Assembly (NCBI GenBank): GCA_049997795.1
Contig: JBEKVT010000001.1
Location: 101,067 to 165,066 of the forward strand
Reading direction: 5' to 3'
Source: Minisyncoccia bacterium
GTDB lineage: Bacteria > Patescibacteriota > Minisyncoccia > Phycocordibacterales > PALSA-1337
DNA: 64,000 nt
Position 1 is the first letter of the stretch. Every line of letters starts with the position of its first letter. The translations under genes were made by a program, and so were the position numbers. The notes under the pieces are model-generated. The model saw only the letters and a list, made by a program, of their open reading frames with translations. It ran no database searches and was not told the origin of the DNA. Positions 37,853 through 46,722 of this stretch are shown one piece after another.

Positions 37853-39090
37853 TCGAACCGCAGGGCCTCGATGGGGCTCTTCTTGGAAGCTTGGCTAGCC
37901 GGGTAGCCGCCGAAGACCAAGCCGATCACGGTGGAAACCGAGAGCCCGAGGATGACGCCGCTCCACGGGAAGACGAACTGCCAATTGAGAGCCAAGAAGT
38001 GCGACAAGGCAAAAGCGGTCAGGAAGGCCAGACCGGCGCCCAAGACGATGCCTATCACTCCGCCGATCACCGTGAGAAGAACGGCTTCCAGGAGGAATTG
38101 CGTGAGGATGTCGCGGTCTTTCGCCCCGAGAGCCTTCCTCAAGCCGATCTCTCTGGTGCGCTCGGTCACGGAGACCAGCATGATGTTCATGATGCCGACG
38201 CCGCCCACGAATAGGGCGATCGAGGCCACGGCCACAAGGAACCAGGTCAGGGCCGAGGTGATGGTGCCCAGGGTGTTGGCCAGGGTCTGCTGGGTCTCTA
38301 TGGTGAAATCGTCCTTCGTCGGATCGGTGATGTTATGCGATTCCTCCAGGGTCAGCTTGATGTAGCTTGCGGTCACCGGAACGGCCGCGTCGGAGACGGC
38401 TTGGGTGACGATGCGGTTGTAATACTTCTGGCCGGTCACGTACGTCATGGCCGTCGTATAAGGCATGATGACCATGGAGTCGAAATTGAAGAGCGAGCCG
38501 CCGCCTGACTTAGGCAACACCGCCACTATGCGGAAATTGCGGCCTTTTATCTTTATGTTCTGATTCAACGGATCCTGATTGTCGAAAAGGTATTTGGCGA
38601 CGTCGCCGCCTATCACAACCACGCTCAAATACGAGTCCACGTCGCTCTGGTCGAAGAACAGCCCTTCCGAAGGCACAAGGTTGAAAATGTCGGCGATCAA
38701 GTTGGTGCCGCCGAAGATAGTGACCTGATAGGTGTTCGGTCCGTATGAAGCCACATCGGCGCCGATCACGACCGGCATGAGCGACTCTAGGCCGGGCACG
38801 TTCGCTTTGTTCTCGAGGGCCGTCACGTCCTTCGGTTTCAATGAATCGCTGAACAGGGCGGAGGCGTTCGACGACGGATTAGTCGATACTTGGCCGGGGA
38901 TAATGGCGATGGTATTCGTGCCGAGGCCCTGGACCTCGCCCAAGATCAGGTTCTGGGCTCCGGCCCCCAAGGACACCACCAGCATGATGGCGGTTATGCC
39001 GATCACGATGCCGAGGATGGTCAAGGACGACCGCGAACGGTTGGTGGTGAGTCCGGTCAGCGAGGTCTTGAAGGTGTGGCGCCAGGTCAT
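37849..39090 (-). CDS. MacB/FtsX-like ABC permease
   Basis: LTILGIVIG, GIMNIMLVSVTERTREIGLRKALGA, PIEALR. Confidence 0.94.
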   Translation of the reverse strand: MTWRHTFKTSLTGLTTNRSRSSLTILGIVIGITAIMLVVSLGAGAQNLILGEVQGLGTNTIAIIPGQVSTNPSSNASALFSDSLKPKDVTALENKANVPGLESLMPVVIGADVASYGPNTYQVTIFGGTNLIADIFNLVPSEGLFFDQSDVDSYLSVVVIGGDVAKYLFDNQDPLNQNIKIKGRNFRIVAVLPKSGGGSLFNFDSMVIMPYTTAMTYVTGQKYYNRIVTQAVSDAAVPVTASYIKLTLEESHNITDPTKDDFTIETQQTLANTLGTITSALTWFLVAVASIALFVGGVGIMNIMLVSVTERTREIGLRKALGAKDRDILTQFLLEAVLLTVIGGVIGIVLGAGLAFLTAFALSHFLALNWQFVFPWSGVILGLSVSTVIGLVFGGYPASQASKKSPIEALRFE

Positions 39091-39095
39091 ATGGA

Positions 39096-39821
39096 TTATT
39101 TTATGAATTCGTCCTCCGACGTCAGGCGGTCTTTGACCTTGACGTCGCTCTCGATCTCCCCGTCCATGAGCTTCATGATGCGTTCGGCATGGTCGGCCGT
39201 GGTAGCCTCGTGGGTGATGAGGACGATGGTCTTGCCGTGCTCCTCGTTCAGGTGCTGGATGATCGACATGACGTTCTTGCCGGCCTTGGAGTCGAGATTG
39301 CCCGTCGGCTCGTCGGCGAAGATGATCTCCGGATCGTTGACCAGGGCCCTGGCTATGGCCACGCGCTGTTTCTCTCCGCCGGAGAGCTCCGCCTGCTTGT
39401 GATGCATGCGCTGGCCGAGGCCGACGTCTTCGACCGCCTTCCTGGCGCGCTTCTCCCACTCATGCTCCGGCACGCTCGAGTAATAGAGGGGCAGTTTGAC
39501 GTTTTCCAGGACGGTGGTGCGCGGCAGGAGGTTGAAGGCCTGGAAGACGAAGCCGAGCTTCTCGTTCCGGATCTTGGCCAATTCGTTGCCAGAGTAAGAT
39601 GATACGTCTTTGCCGTCGAAGTGATAGACGCCGGAAGTCGGCTCGTCGAGGAGACCCAGAAGGTGGAGTAGGGTCGATTTGCCTGATCCTGACGGACCCA
39701 TGATAGCCAGGAACTCCCCTTTCCTGACGTTGAAAGTCACGCCGTTCAGGGCCACCGTGGCGGTGGCTCCGCCGTCGTGATAGACCTTCTTCAAGTCCTT
39801 GACTTCGATGATGTTAGCCAT
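39096..39821 (-). CDS. ABC transporter ATP-binding protein (LolD/MacB type)
   Basis: GPSGSGKST, LSGGEKQR, ADEPTGNLD. Confidence 0.96.
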   Translation of the reverse strand: MANIIEVKDLKKVYHDGGATATVALNGVTFNVRKGEFLAIMGPSGSGKSTLLHLLGLLDEPTSGVYHFDGKDVSSYSGNELAKIRNEKLGFVFQAFNLLPRTTVLENVKLPLYYSSVPEHEWEKRARKAVEDVGLGQRMHHKQAELSGGEKQRVAIARALVNDPEIIFADEPTGNLDSKAGKNVMSIIQHLNEEHGKTIVLITHEATTADHAERIMKLMDGEIESDVKVKDRLTSEDEFIK

Positions 39822-41296
39822 TACTTCACGTACGTCACTACCTTGTCGCCGACAGAGAGGCCGGAAACGATCTCGATAGTGCCGTAAGAGCCCTTGAGGC
39901 CTGTCACGACGGGCACGGGAGCGTAAGTCTTGCCGTCGGGACTGACAAGGCGCACGGTCTTCGAGCCACTGGTGTCGGTGACGGCCCGATAAGGGATCTC
40001 TAAGACGCCGTCGCGCTCGTGGGTCAGGATCTCGAGATTGGCCGTCATGCCGGAACGGATGCGGCTATCCGGATTCACGAATACCAGAGTGACTTTGTAG
40101 GTCGGTACGCCTTCGAGGACGGTCTCGGCCGGATCGATCATGATGACCTTGGCCGGAAAATCCGTGTCTGAGCCGTAAGCGTCGAGAGTGCTCGACGCCA
40201 GATCGCCGACGGAGACTTTGGCGATATCGGCTTCAGGCACGTAAGCCTCTACCTTGAAATCATTGTTCTGCACCGCGAAGCCGGACTGGCCTGGCGCCGC
40301 GTATTCGCCGACATCCGGGTCGGCCCTGGTGACGACGCCGTCGATCGGCGAGACGAGGGTGTCTTGGTCGAGAAGGGCTTGGGCTTGGGCGACTTTAGCG
40401 GCCAGGGCGGCGATCGATTGGGAGGAATTGCCGGCGAGCTTCAGGTCATAATTGGATTGAGCGGTGGAAAGGCCGGTTTGCGCCGCCGTCACGGAGTCGG
40501 TGGCGGTATTCAGAACGGAAAGCCCGGAATTCATGGTCGCTACGACGGCATTGATCTGGACTTGAGTCATGCTCGAGTTCCCGGGATTCAGCGCATTAAC
40601 GACGACCGAAAGGTCGGTCATGAAGCTCTTCACGGTCGAGAGATACCCGCTTGAGCGCGAGATGAGGCTTGCCGGGTCGAGGGCAGCGCTCAAGAGGTCG
40701 GCTGACCATTGGTTGAGGATCCCTGTGATGTTCAGGCGCTCTTGGTTCAAGGCGGTCTGGATGGGAACGGTGTCGGTGCGGATATAGAGGGTCGGGTTGG
40801 AACTCTGGGGGTTGGAGAAGAAGGCATCGGTGTAATTGAACAGGGCGTTCTGGGCCTTGACGAGGCCGTCATGAGCGGCGTTCAGGGCGTCTTTCTTGGC
40901 GTTGTCGAGCGAGGTCTTCTGGACGGCCAGCTCTTCGGGCGTCAGGCCGCGCGACAGGTCGGCCAAACTAGCTTCGGCGCTTGAGAGGGCCGCCCGATCG
41001 TTGCCGCTGTCGAGCGAAGCTATAAGGTCTCCCCTCTTCACGGCATCGCCAACCTTGACATAGATCCTGGAGATGACTCCGCCCTTCTCGAAAGCCAAGT
41101 CGGCCTTGGCGATCGGCGAGATCGTGCCGGTTACGCTCACCGTTTCTATGACGTTGCCTATTTGGGCCGCGGCCGTCTCGAATATCGGGACAGAACTACC
41201 GCTTCGCGCCCAGACGATGAGGATGACTATGATGATGACGGCGAGCCCGGCGATGACCCACTTATTTTTTAAATACTGCCAATAAGATTTTTTCAT
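39821..41296 (-). CDS. Efflux periplasmic adaptor (MacA/HlyD-like)
   Basis: N-terminal TM, VKVGDAVKRGD, SPIDGVV, VPEADI, RSGMTAN. Confidence 0.92.
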   Translation of the reverse strand: MKKSYWQYLKNKWVIAGLAVIIIVILIVWARSGSSVPIFETAAAQIGNVIETVSVTGTISPIAKADLAFEKGGVISRIYVKVGDAVKRGDLIASLDSGNDRAALSSAEASLADLSRGLTPEELAVQKTSLDNAKKDALNAAHDGLVKAQNALFNYTDAFFSNPQSSNPTLYIRTDTVPIQTALNQERLNITGILNQWSADLLSAALDPASLISRSSGYLSTVKSFMTDLSVVVNALNPGNSSMTQVQINAVVATMNSGLSVLNTATDSVTAAQTGLSTAQSNYDLKLAGNSSQSIAALAAKVAQAQALLDQDTLVSPIDGVVTRADPDVGEYAAPGQSGFAVQNNDFKVEAYVPEADIAKVSVGDLASSTLDAYGSDTDFPAKVIMIDPAETVLEGVPTYKVTLVFVNPDSRIRSGMTANLEILTHERDGVLEIPYRAVTDTSGSKTVRLVSPDGKTYAPVPVVTGLKGSYGTIEIVSGLSVGDKVVTYVK

Positions 41297-42360
41297 GCGG
41301 TATATTGTAGCATATCGTCCTTGCGCTGTTTAATGAGACTCTCCAGCTTCTTGGCGTTGCCGTGGCTGATCAGGCCGAGGTATGACTGCACAGTCTCCGC
41401 CTTTCCTTGTTTTTGCCGGATGCCTCGGAACATGCGCTTTTTCGTCGCCGTCCGTAGCACTCGATGATCCGGGAAAGTGACCCAACCGAGATAATCGACG
41501 CCAGACGCAATAGTTTTAATTGAGATTTTTCTCGGGTGAAGTTGAAGTTTCAACTTGCTCGATAAAAACTCTTTGATCGGGGGTAAAAGCCCGATGAGCC
41601 ATTCCTTATCGCGGGAAATGATAATGAAATCGTCGGCATAGCGGATATAGTATTTCGCCTTTAATTTGTGCTTCACGAACTGGTCGAACTCGTTCATATA
41701 GACATTCACGAGAAGCTGTGAGGTCAGGTTGCCGAGAGGCAGGCCGATGCCCTTTTTTACTGATGAAAAGCTTTTGATGACCTTTGATAGAAGGCCAACC
41801 GTATTTTTGTCAGGAATACGTTCGTCGAGGATGCCTATTAAAACCTCCTGGTCTATCGACGCGAAGAACTTCCTGATATCGCATTTCAGGACCCAGACGG
41901 TCTTCGTATGATTCTGCGAGGCCTTGTAGGCGAATGACCGGAATCTGTCCATGGCCTTGTGCGTTCCCTTGCCCAGACGGCATGAGAATGAATCAGATAT
42001 GAACCTCCTGTCGAAGAACGGATAAAGTTTCCTGTGCAGTGCATGATGCAACAGCCTGTCTCTCACCTCGGCCTTGTGGATATCGCGGCGCTTGGGATCA
42101 TAGATCCGGAAAAATTCATAAGGCGAGTGCTCGTAAGTTTTGGACGCCAGATCGTTGTGGAGCGAGATGATATTGCCCATCAAATCCCGCTCGAATTCTT
42201 GGACATCCTTGCGTTTTCGTTTCCCTTTTACAAATTCCTTCCAGGCCTCAAGAAGATTTTCGAGAGAAATGATATCATCATAGGCATGAACAAATTGGAT
42301 CCGTCGCAGACCCGTAAAGCCCCCCCCCCACGCAATTTTGCCGGTTTTGAATAAGATCAA
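41293..42360 (-). CDS. DGR reverse transcriptase; as assembled only a TTG start, probable true ATG at 42382 is one base out of frame across a G10 tract
   Basis: IISLENLLEAW, RDRLLHHAL, KCDIRKFFASID, GLPLGNLTSQ, YIRYADD, GVDYLGW. Confidence 0.95.
   Translation of the reverse strand: MILFKTGKIAWGGGFTGLRRIQFVHAYDDIISLENLLEAWKEFVKGKRKRKDVQEFERDLMGNIISLHNDLASKTYEHSPYEFFRIYDPKRRDIHKAEVRDRLLHHALHRKLYPFFDRRFISDSFSCRLGKGTHKAMDRFRSFAYKASQNHTKTVWVLKCDIRKFFASIDQEVLIGILDERIPDKNTVGLLSKVIKSFSSVKKGIGLPLGNLTSQLLVNVYMNEFDQFVKHKLKAKYYIRYADDFIIISRDKEWLIGLLPPIKEFLSSKLKLQLHPRKISIKTIASGVDYLGWVTFPDHRVLRTATKKRMFRGIRQKQGKAETVQSYLGLISHGNAKKLESLIKQRKDDMLQYTA
42320..42329. repeat. C10/G10 homopolymer in the RT/avd head-to-head overlap
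   Basis: aaag-CCCCCCCCCC-acg. Confidence 0.9.
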
Positions 42361-42688
42361 AGATGCTTATCTGCTTTGGCATGGTTATCACCAGGAATTA
42401 CCGAAAATCCACAGGTATTCGCTAGGATCTCGCATTGACTCGTTATTTATAGAGATCATCGAGGCCGTCGCGGCGGCAAGCTTCTTGTCTCGCGAAGAAA
42501 AACACCCTTACGTGCGCCTGGCGATCAGAAAATCGGATGCGCTCAAGATACTTCTGATGGTCCTCTGGGAAACGAAATCGCTCGACGACAAGAAGTATAT
42601 CGCATTGTCGGTGAAATTGGACGAGGTTGGCAGAAACCTCGGCGGCTGGAGCGGCCAGCTCATGAAACAAAACTCCCCCAACAAATAG
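42338..42688 (+). CDS. avd: DGR accessory variability determinant (Avd-like four-helix bundle); probable true ATG at 42286 is one base out of frame across the C10 tract
   Basis: LPKIHRYSLGSRI...EVGRNLGGW pattern; lies between TR and RT. Confidence 0.87.
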   Translation: MPVLNKIKDAYLLWHGYHQELPKIHRYSLGSRIDSLFIEIIEAVAAASFLSREEKHPYVRLAIRKSDALKILLMVLWETKSLDDKKYIALSVKLDEVGRNLGGWSGQLMKQNSPNK

Positions 42689-42712
42689 TAGGGGGAGAAA
42701 TGAAGAGAGTTA

Positions 42713-42834
42713 CGGACACCGCCGCCGGATTGTCACTGTTCCAGTCGTTGTCGAGCCTGTTGTAGTTCCAGTTCCACCTGTCGTCGTCCCAGTAGAGGTA
42801 ACGGACGTTGAGGTCGCCGTCAGCGTTGCGGTAT
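42713..42834 (-). ncRNA. DGR template repeat (TR)
   Basis: 122-bp ungapped match to VR; 7 AAC codons; reads YRNADGDLNVRYLYWDDDRWNWNYNRLDNDWNSDNPAAVS. Confidence 0.95.
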
Positions 42835-43077
42835 CGTACGAAGTGCCCTCCGTGCCACAACCCCTCGAATGCTCTCGGGGTTGAATCGTATTCGGCATAT
42901 TTAATGCCCTAGCACCTCGTACCAAGTATTTTCATTTTTTAATGAAGTTCTGCATACACCACCCTACCCAAAACCTTGGTCGTGGATATTCTCGATGTAC
43001 GGATACTAGTTTCGGTAGCAAGCAACCTTGGTCGCTCACGTATTCACCTACTCCCGCCCCATCTTACCATACAGAAA

Positions 43078-43107
43078 TCAGCCCTGTGCGTTGTCGCACA
43101 GGGCTGA
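43078..43107. other. Perfect 13-bp hairpin downstream of VR (DGR homing cruciform and/or terminator)
   Basis: tcagccctgtgcg-ttgt-cgcacagggctga. Confidence 0.75.
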
Positions 43108-43155
43108 GGTTAAAGGTCATAGGTTCCGAAGAACAAATTGACCGAGGTTCAAGAA

Positions 43156-43779
43156 CTAACTTGCGGACACCGCCGCCGGATGGCCACTGAGCCAGAAGGA
43201 GTCGAGCCAGAAGAAGAGCCAGAGCCACCTGTCGTCGTCCCAGAAGAGGAAACGGACGAAGAGGCCGCCGCCAGCGCGGCGGTATATCGTGCCCCAGAAG
43301 AAGATGTAGCGGGTGTTGCCCTCTTCATCCTTTTTCCACTCCTCAGGGATGAGGTGCGGATTCTTCAGAAGGTAGTCGAGCACGTTGGCGTCCAGGACAG
43401 GCATCTTAGCGAGCTCCTTGCGGAGGTCGTTACCAACGATGGAACTGCCCTTCCTCTGCTTCTTCGACAAGTAGAACTCGATCTTCTTGCCGTCGACGTA
43501 GAGGTCGGGACCTTTCCGTTCGAGCTTGACGATACCGCCCTTGTGGTGCTCCTCGACCGTCCAGTTGTAGCCGGAGGGGATGACCGCATCGACACCGCAG
43601 TCGATGGCGTGTTCAACGGGCTTGATTTCGGCAAGACCTCGTTGGACATCCCTCACGCGGCCGAGGAAATCCCCGACTGTGAGAGCTTTTACTTCTTCCA
43701 GCGACTGGAAGCCGTTGCGGTTGAGTGCATGCTCGATTTCTTGAGCCAAACCAACACCGAGGATTAACTTGTCATTCAT
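43156..43779 (-). CDS. DGR target protein with C-terminal variable region (putative CLec-type fold)
   Basis: 207 aa; GGAG SD; C-terminus encoded by VR. Confidence 0.92.
   Translation of the reverse strand: MNDKLILGVGLAQEIEHALNRNGFQSLEEVKALTVGDFLGRVRDVQRGLAEIKPVEHAIDCGVDAVIPSGYNWTVEEHHKGGIVKLERKGPDLYVDGKKIEFYLSKKQRKGSSIVGNDLRKELAKMPVLDANVLDYLLKNPHLIPEEWKKDEEGNTRYIFFWGTIYRRAGGGLFVRFLFWDDDRWLWLFFWLDSFWLSGHPAAVSAS
43164..43285 (-). repeat. DGR variable repeat (VR)
   Basis: 24 mismatches to TR, 23 at TR adenines (manual count). Confidence 0.95.
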
Positions 43780-43943
43780 GACGTGTTTTTCTCCATAATG
43801 GACATGTTCGTTTAGAACTAGTCTGGTACTGTTGGGCTCCTCGTGTTGAGGTTTGCCACAGCGCTCAAGGACCTGAAGGGATTCAAGTCCCTAAACGCTG
43901 CGGCAAATGCAAGTTAGTCTTTCAAAGACCTTATTACCTTGCT

Positions 43944-43973
43944 ATTATACACCAAATGTGACTTGTATGTCAA
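43944..43973 (-). promoter_or_regulatory. Sigma70 promoter of DGR target gene
   Basis: TTGACA-18-TATAAT. Confidence 0.7.
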
Positions 43974-44032
43974 GATGTCCAAATCTGCCTTGAAACAAGG
44001 CCATTTCCTTCCACATAGAGAGGGTATGACGA

Positions 44033-44887
44033 TCAGCTTCCGCTCCTCATCAGTCGGCCGGGATTGCGGCGCGAGACGATGAAGACATTAGAATACTTCT
44101 TGGGAGTGCGGGTCTTCTGGCCCTTGCCCGCGGGCTTGCCCCAGCGGGTCTTCAGGCGGCGCAGGCCGCGGCCTTGGCGCTGTTCGCCGCCGCCGTAAGG
44201 ATGGTCGACCGGGTTCTGGGCGGTGCCGCGCACCGTGGGACGTATCCCCATCCAGCGCGAGCGGCCGGCCTTGCCGATGACCACCAGGCGATTCTCCTCG
44301 TTGGAAACGGCGCCGATCGAAGCCCAGGAATTCTGGTGGACTTTGCGGACCTCGGTCGAAGGCATCTTGATGTGGGTGTAGCCGGCGTCATTGGCGATGA
44401 CTTGGGCGAAAGAACCGGCCGAGCGGACAAGTTTGGCGCCGGAGCCGGGATTGATTTCGATGTTGTAGACGTATGTGCCGACCGGGATGTTCTTCAAAGG
44501 CAGGCGATTGCCTGTCTCGATCGGGGCTTTTTCGGAAACGATGAATGTGTTGCCGACTTTCATGGTCTTCGGCAGGAGGACGTAGCGCTTGGCGCCATCC
44601 CTGTAGGCGACCAGGCCGATGTAGCCGGTGCGGAAGGGATCGTACTCGACGGTCTTCACTGTGGCCGGGATGTCTTTCTTGTCATACAGGAAATCGACGA
44701 GGCGATAGAGCTTCTTGTGGCCGGCGCCCTTGTGGCGGACGGTGATGCGGCCGAAAGCGTTCCTGCCGACGTCGCGCTTGAAACCTGTTGTGAGCGGCTT
44801 GTACGGCTCGGACGCCGTCAAGTATTCCTTGAACGGCAAGGTTGTCATGTGGCGGCGCGATTTGGTTGTGGGTCGGTATGTCTTCAT
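44033..44887 (-). CDS. rplB: 50S ribosomal protein L2
   Basis: GRITVRH, EYDP, NPVDHPYGGGE. Confidence 0.97.
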   Translation of the reverse strand: MKTYRPTTKSRRHMTTLPFKEYLTASEPYKPLTTGFKRDVGRNAFGRITVRHKGAGHKKLYRLVDFLYDKKDIPATVKTVEYDPFRTGYIGLVAYRDGAKRYVLLPKTMKVGNTFIVSEKAPIETGNRLPLKNIPVGTYVYNIEINPGSGAKLVRSAGSFAQVIANDAGYTHIKMPSTEVRKVHQNSWASIGAVSNEENRLVVIGKAGRSRWMGIRPTVRGTAQNPVDHPYGGGEQRQGRGLRRLKTRWGKPAGKGQKTRTPKKYSNVFIVSRRNPGRLMRSGS

Positions 44888-44896
44888 GGAGCTTGA

Positions 44897-45385
44897 TTAT
44901 ACGAAGTCTATCTTCTCGCCTTTCTTGACGGTGACGATCGCTTTTCTCACGCCGGAAACGGTGCCGCGCCGGCCCTTGACGAAGACATTCTTCGACGGCA
45001 GGTTGACCATGGCGACTTTGACCGGAGTGACCTTGTACAGGGCGCGCATGGCCTTGGCCACTGAAGATTTGTTCGCATTGGAAGTGACCTGGAAAGTGTA
45101 AGCGCCGGATTGGCTCAAGATGCCGGACTTCTCCGTGATGTGCGGACGGATGATGCTCTCGGTCGCGCTTCCGAACGAGCCTTTCGGCAGGGCAGGACCG
45201 GCCTTCCCGGCACCCGCGTCCTTTGTCACGACCGCCGAGGAGATCTTTTCGGGTTTCGGGGACGAGAACTGCTTGGCGCCCTTATCTTTGGCATCGCCCT
45301 TCTTCACTGTCTTGGCCAATTCGGCCGTGGCCTGAATGTGGCTCTGCTCGTGCTTCTTGTCTTTTCTGAATCCGAATAATGGCAT
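44897..45385 (-). CDS. rplW: 50S ribosomal protein L23 with N-terminal extension
   Basis: IIRPHITEKS, YTFQV, RKAIVT. Confidence 0.93.
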   Translation of the reverse strand: MPLFGFRKDKKHEQSHIQATAELAKTVKKGDAKDKGAKQFSSPKPEKISSAVVTKDAGAGKAGPALPKGSFGSATESIIRPHITEKSGILSQSGAYTFQVTSNANKSSVAKAMRALYKVTPVKVAMVNLPSKNVFVKGRRGTVSGVRKAIVTVKKGEKIDFV

Positions 45386-45395
45386 GGTATTGAAA

Positions 45396-46070
45396 TTATT
45401 TGTCGGTCTTATCCGTCTTCACAGTAAGGGCCTTCAGCGACTCTTCCGGATCTGTAACGATAAGGTATGTATGATTCAAAACGGACACCGGATTCAGGTT
45501 GCGAAACTCCTCGACAGAGACATTGCCAAAATTGCGGAAGCTCTTAGCTACAGCGTCGGTCTTCTGGCCGAGAGCGATCAGGGCGGCGTTCTCCTTCTTC
45601 GTGGCGAGCTTCTCATAGCCCTTGATCTTGGCCAATGAATGCAAAATGGTCCGAGCTTCTTTGGCCTTGGGCGCGGCAAGCTTCATGGCGTCGAGGAAGA
45701 GCACTTCGCCGTCCTTGAATTTCCGGGACAGGATCGTGTAAAGGGCCTTGACCCGGGCCTTCTTGTTTATCTTGCGGGTGAAATTCTTGTCGTTTCTCGG
45801 GCCATGAGCGACGCCGCCGCCGACCCAGATCGGGGAGCGGGTGGAACCGTGGCGGGCCCGGCCGGTGCCCTTCTGCTGCCAGGGCTTCCTGCCGCCGCCG
45901 CGGACCTCGCCGCGGGTCTTGGTGTGAGCGACATTGGTGCGGCTGTTGGAATTCATCAGGCGGACGATCTCATGGACGAGATCGGCATTCCAAGGGACGT
46001 TGAAGATGCTCTCCGGGAGCTTTATCTTCCCTGCGGCCTTACCTTCTTGATTGTATATCGGTGCGTCCAT
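45396..46070 (-). CDS. rplD: 50S ribosomal protein L4
   Basis: [20 protein letters not shown]. Confidence 0.97.
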   Translation of the reverse strand: MDAPIYNQEGKAAGKIKLPESIFNVPWNADLVHEIVRLMNSNSRTNVAHTKTRGEVRGGGRKPWQQKGTGRARHGSTRSPIWVGGGVAHGPRNDKNFTRKINKKARVKALYTILSRKFKDGEVLFLDAMKLAAPKAKEARTILHSLAKIKGYEKLATKKENAALIALGQKTDAVAKSFRNFGNVSVEEFRNLNPVSVLNHTYLIVTDPEESLKALTVKTDKTDK

Positions 46071-46089
46071 GGTGATATTGAAATGACGA

Positions 46090-46713
46090 TCAGTTCTTGG
46101 CGACGATCTCGACCAACGTGCCCCGGCGGCCGGGAACCGCTCCGGAAACGTAAAGGATGCTCTCTTCCGGATCGACGTGCACGACCTTCAAGTTCGTGAC
46201 CGTCACCCGGTCCGAACCCATCCTGCCGGCCATCCTGGTACCGACTGGCACGTGAGTGCGCAAGCCGCCGCCGATTGAGCCGGGCTCGCGCTCGGAATGC
46301 TTCTGGCCGTGGGAACGCGGACCGCCGTGGAAGCCGTGGCGCTTGACCACGCCCTGGAAGCCTTTGCCTTTGGAGATGGCGGAGACTTGGACGACGTCGC
46401 CGGCCTTGAATTGGGAGAGTTCCAGCTTGTCGCCGACTTTGGCCGTCGGTCCGCCGGCTGGCGGATCCGTCCGGAATTCCTTGACCGAAGCGAAACTGCC
46501 CAAATCTTTCCACTGGCCCTTCTGGGGCTTAGCGATGCGGCTTGCGTGCCGCGAGCCTTCGCCGACCTGCACGGCTTCATAGCCGTCATTCTCCTTGGTG
46601 CGGACTTGAGTGACGACGTTGCCGCGCACGAGGACGGCCGTAGCGGGGATGGCGGCGCCGGAGGCGTCATAGATCTGGGTCATATTCAGCTTTCTTCCGA
46701 TAATGAATTTCAT
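46090..46713 (-). CDS. rplC: 50S ribosomal protein L3
   Basis: MKFIIGRKLNMTQ, SKGKGFQGVVKRH; start ATG 46713. Confidence 0.97.
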   Translation of the reverse strand: MKFIIGRKLNMTQIYDASGAAIPATAVLVRGNVVTQVRTKENDGYEAVQVGEGSRHASRIAKPQKGQWKDLGSFASVKEFRTDPPAGGPTAKVGDKLELSQFKAGDVVQVSAISKGKGFQGVVKRHGFHGGPRSHGQKHSEREPGSIGGGLRTHVPVGTRMAGRMGSDRVTVTNLKVVHVDPEESILYVSGAVPGRRGTLVEIVAKN

Positions 46714-46722
46714 GATCTTTAC

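Larger units (their letters stand above)
41293..43779 (-). mobile_element. Diversity-generating retroelement (target/VR - TR - antisense avd - RT)
   Basis: All four components visible; TR/VR differ almost only at TR adenines. Confidence 0.95.

Noticed and set aside
41293-41312. ATGA overlap suggesting RT is translationally coupled to the efflux operon
   Set aside because: A TG-C-TACAAT -10 lies 7 nt before the adaptor ATG, so the operon probably has its own leaderless promoter and the overlap may be incidental
41293-42360. RT as group II intron or retron
   Set aside because: No maturase/endonuclease extension; TR/VR pair and Avd identify a DGR
42660-42925. ORFs across the TR (42660-42860, 42710-42925)
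   Set aside because: TR is open by descent from the target frame; most likely functions as RNA
43138-43767. 209-aa acidic plus-strand ORF
   Set aside because: Antisense to the DGR target, which has the SD, promoter and VR frame
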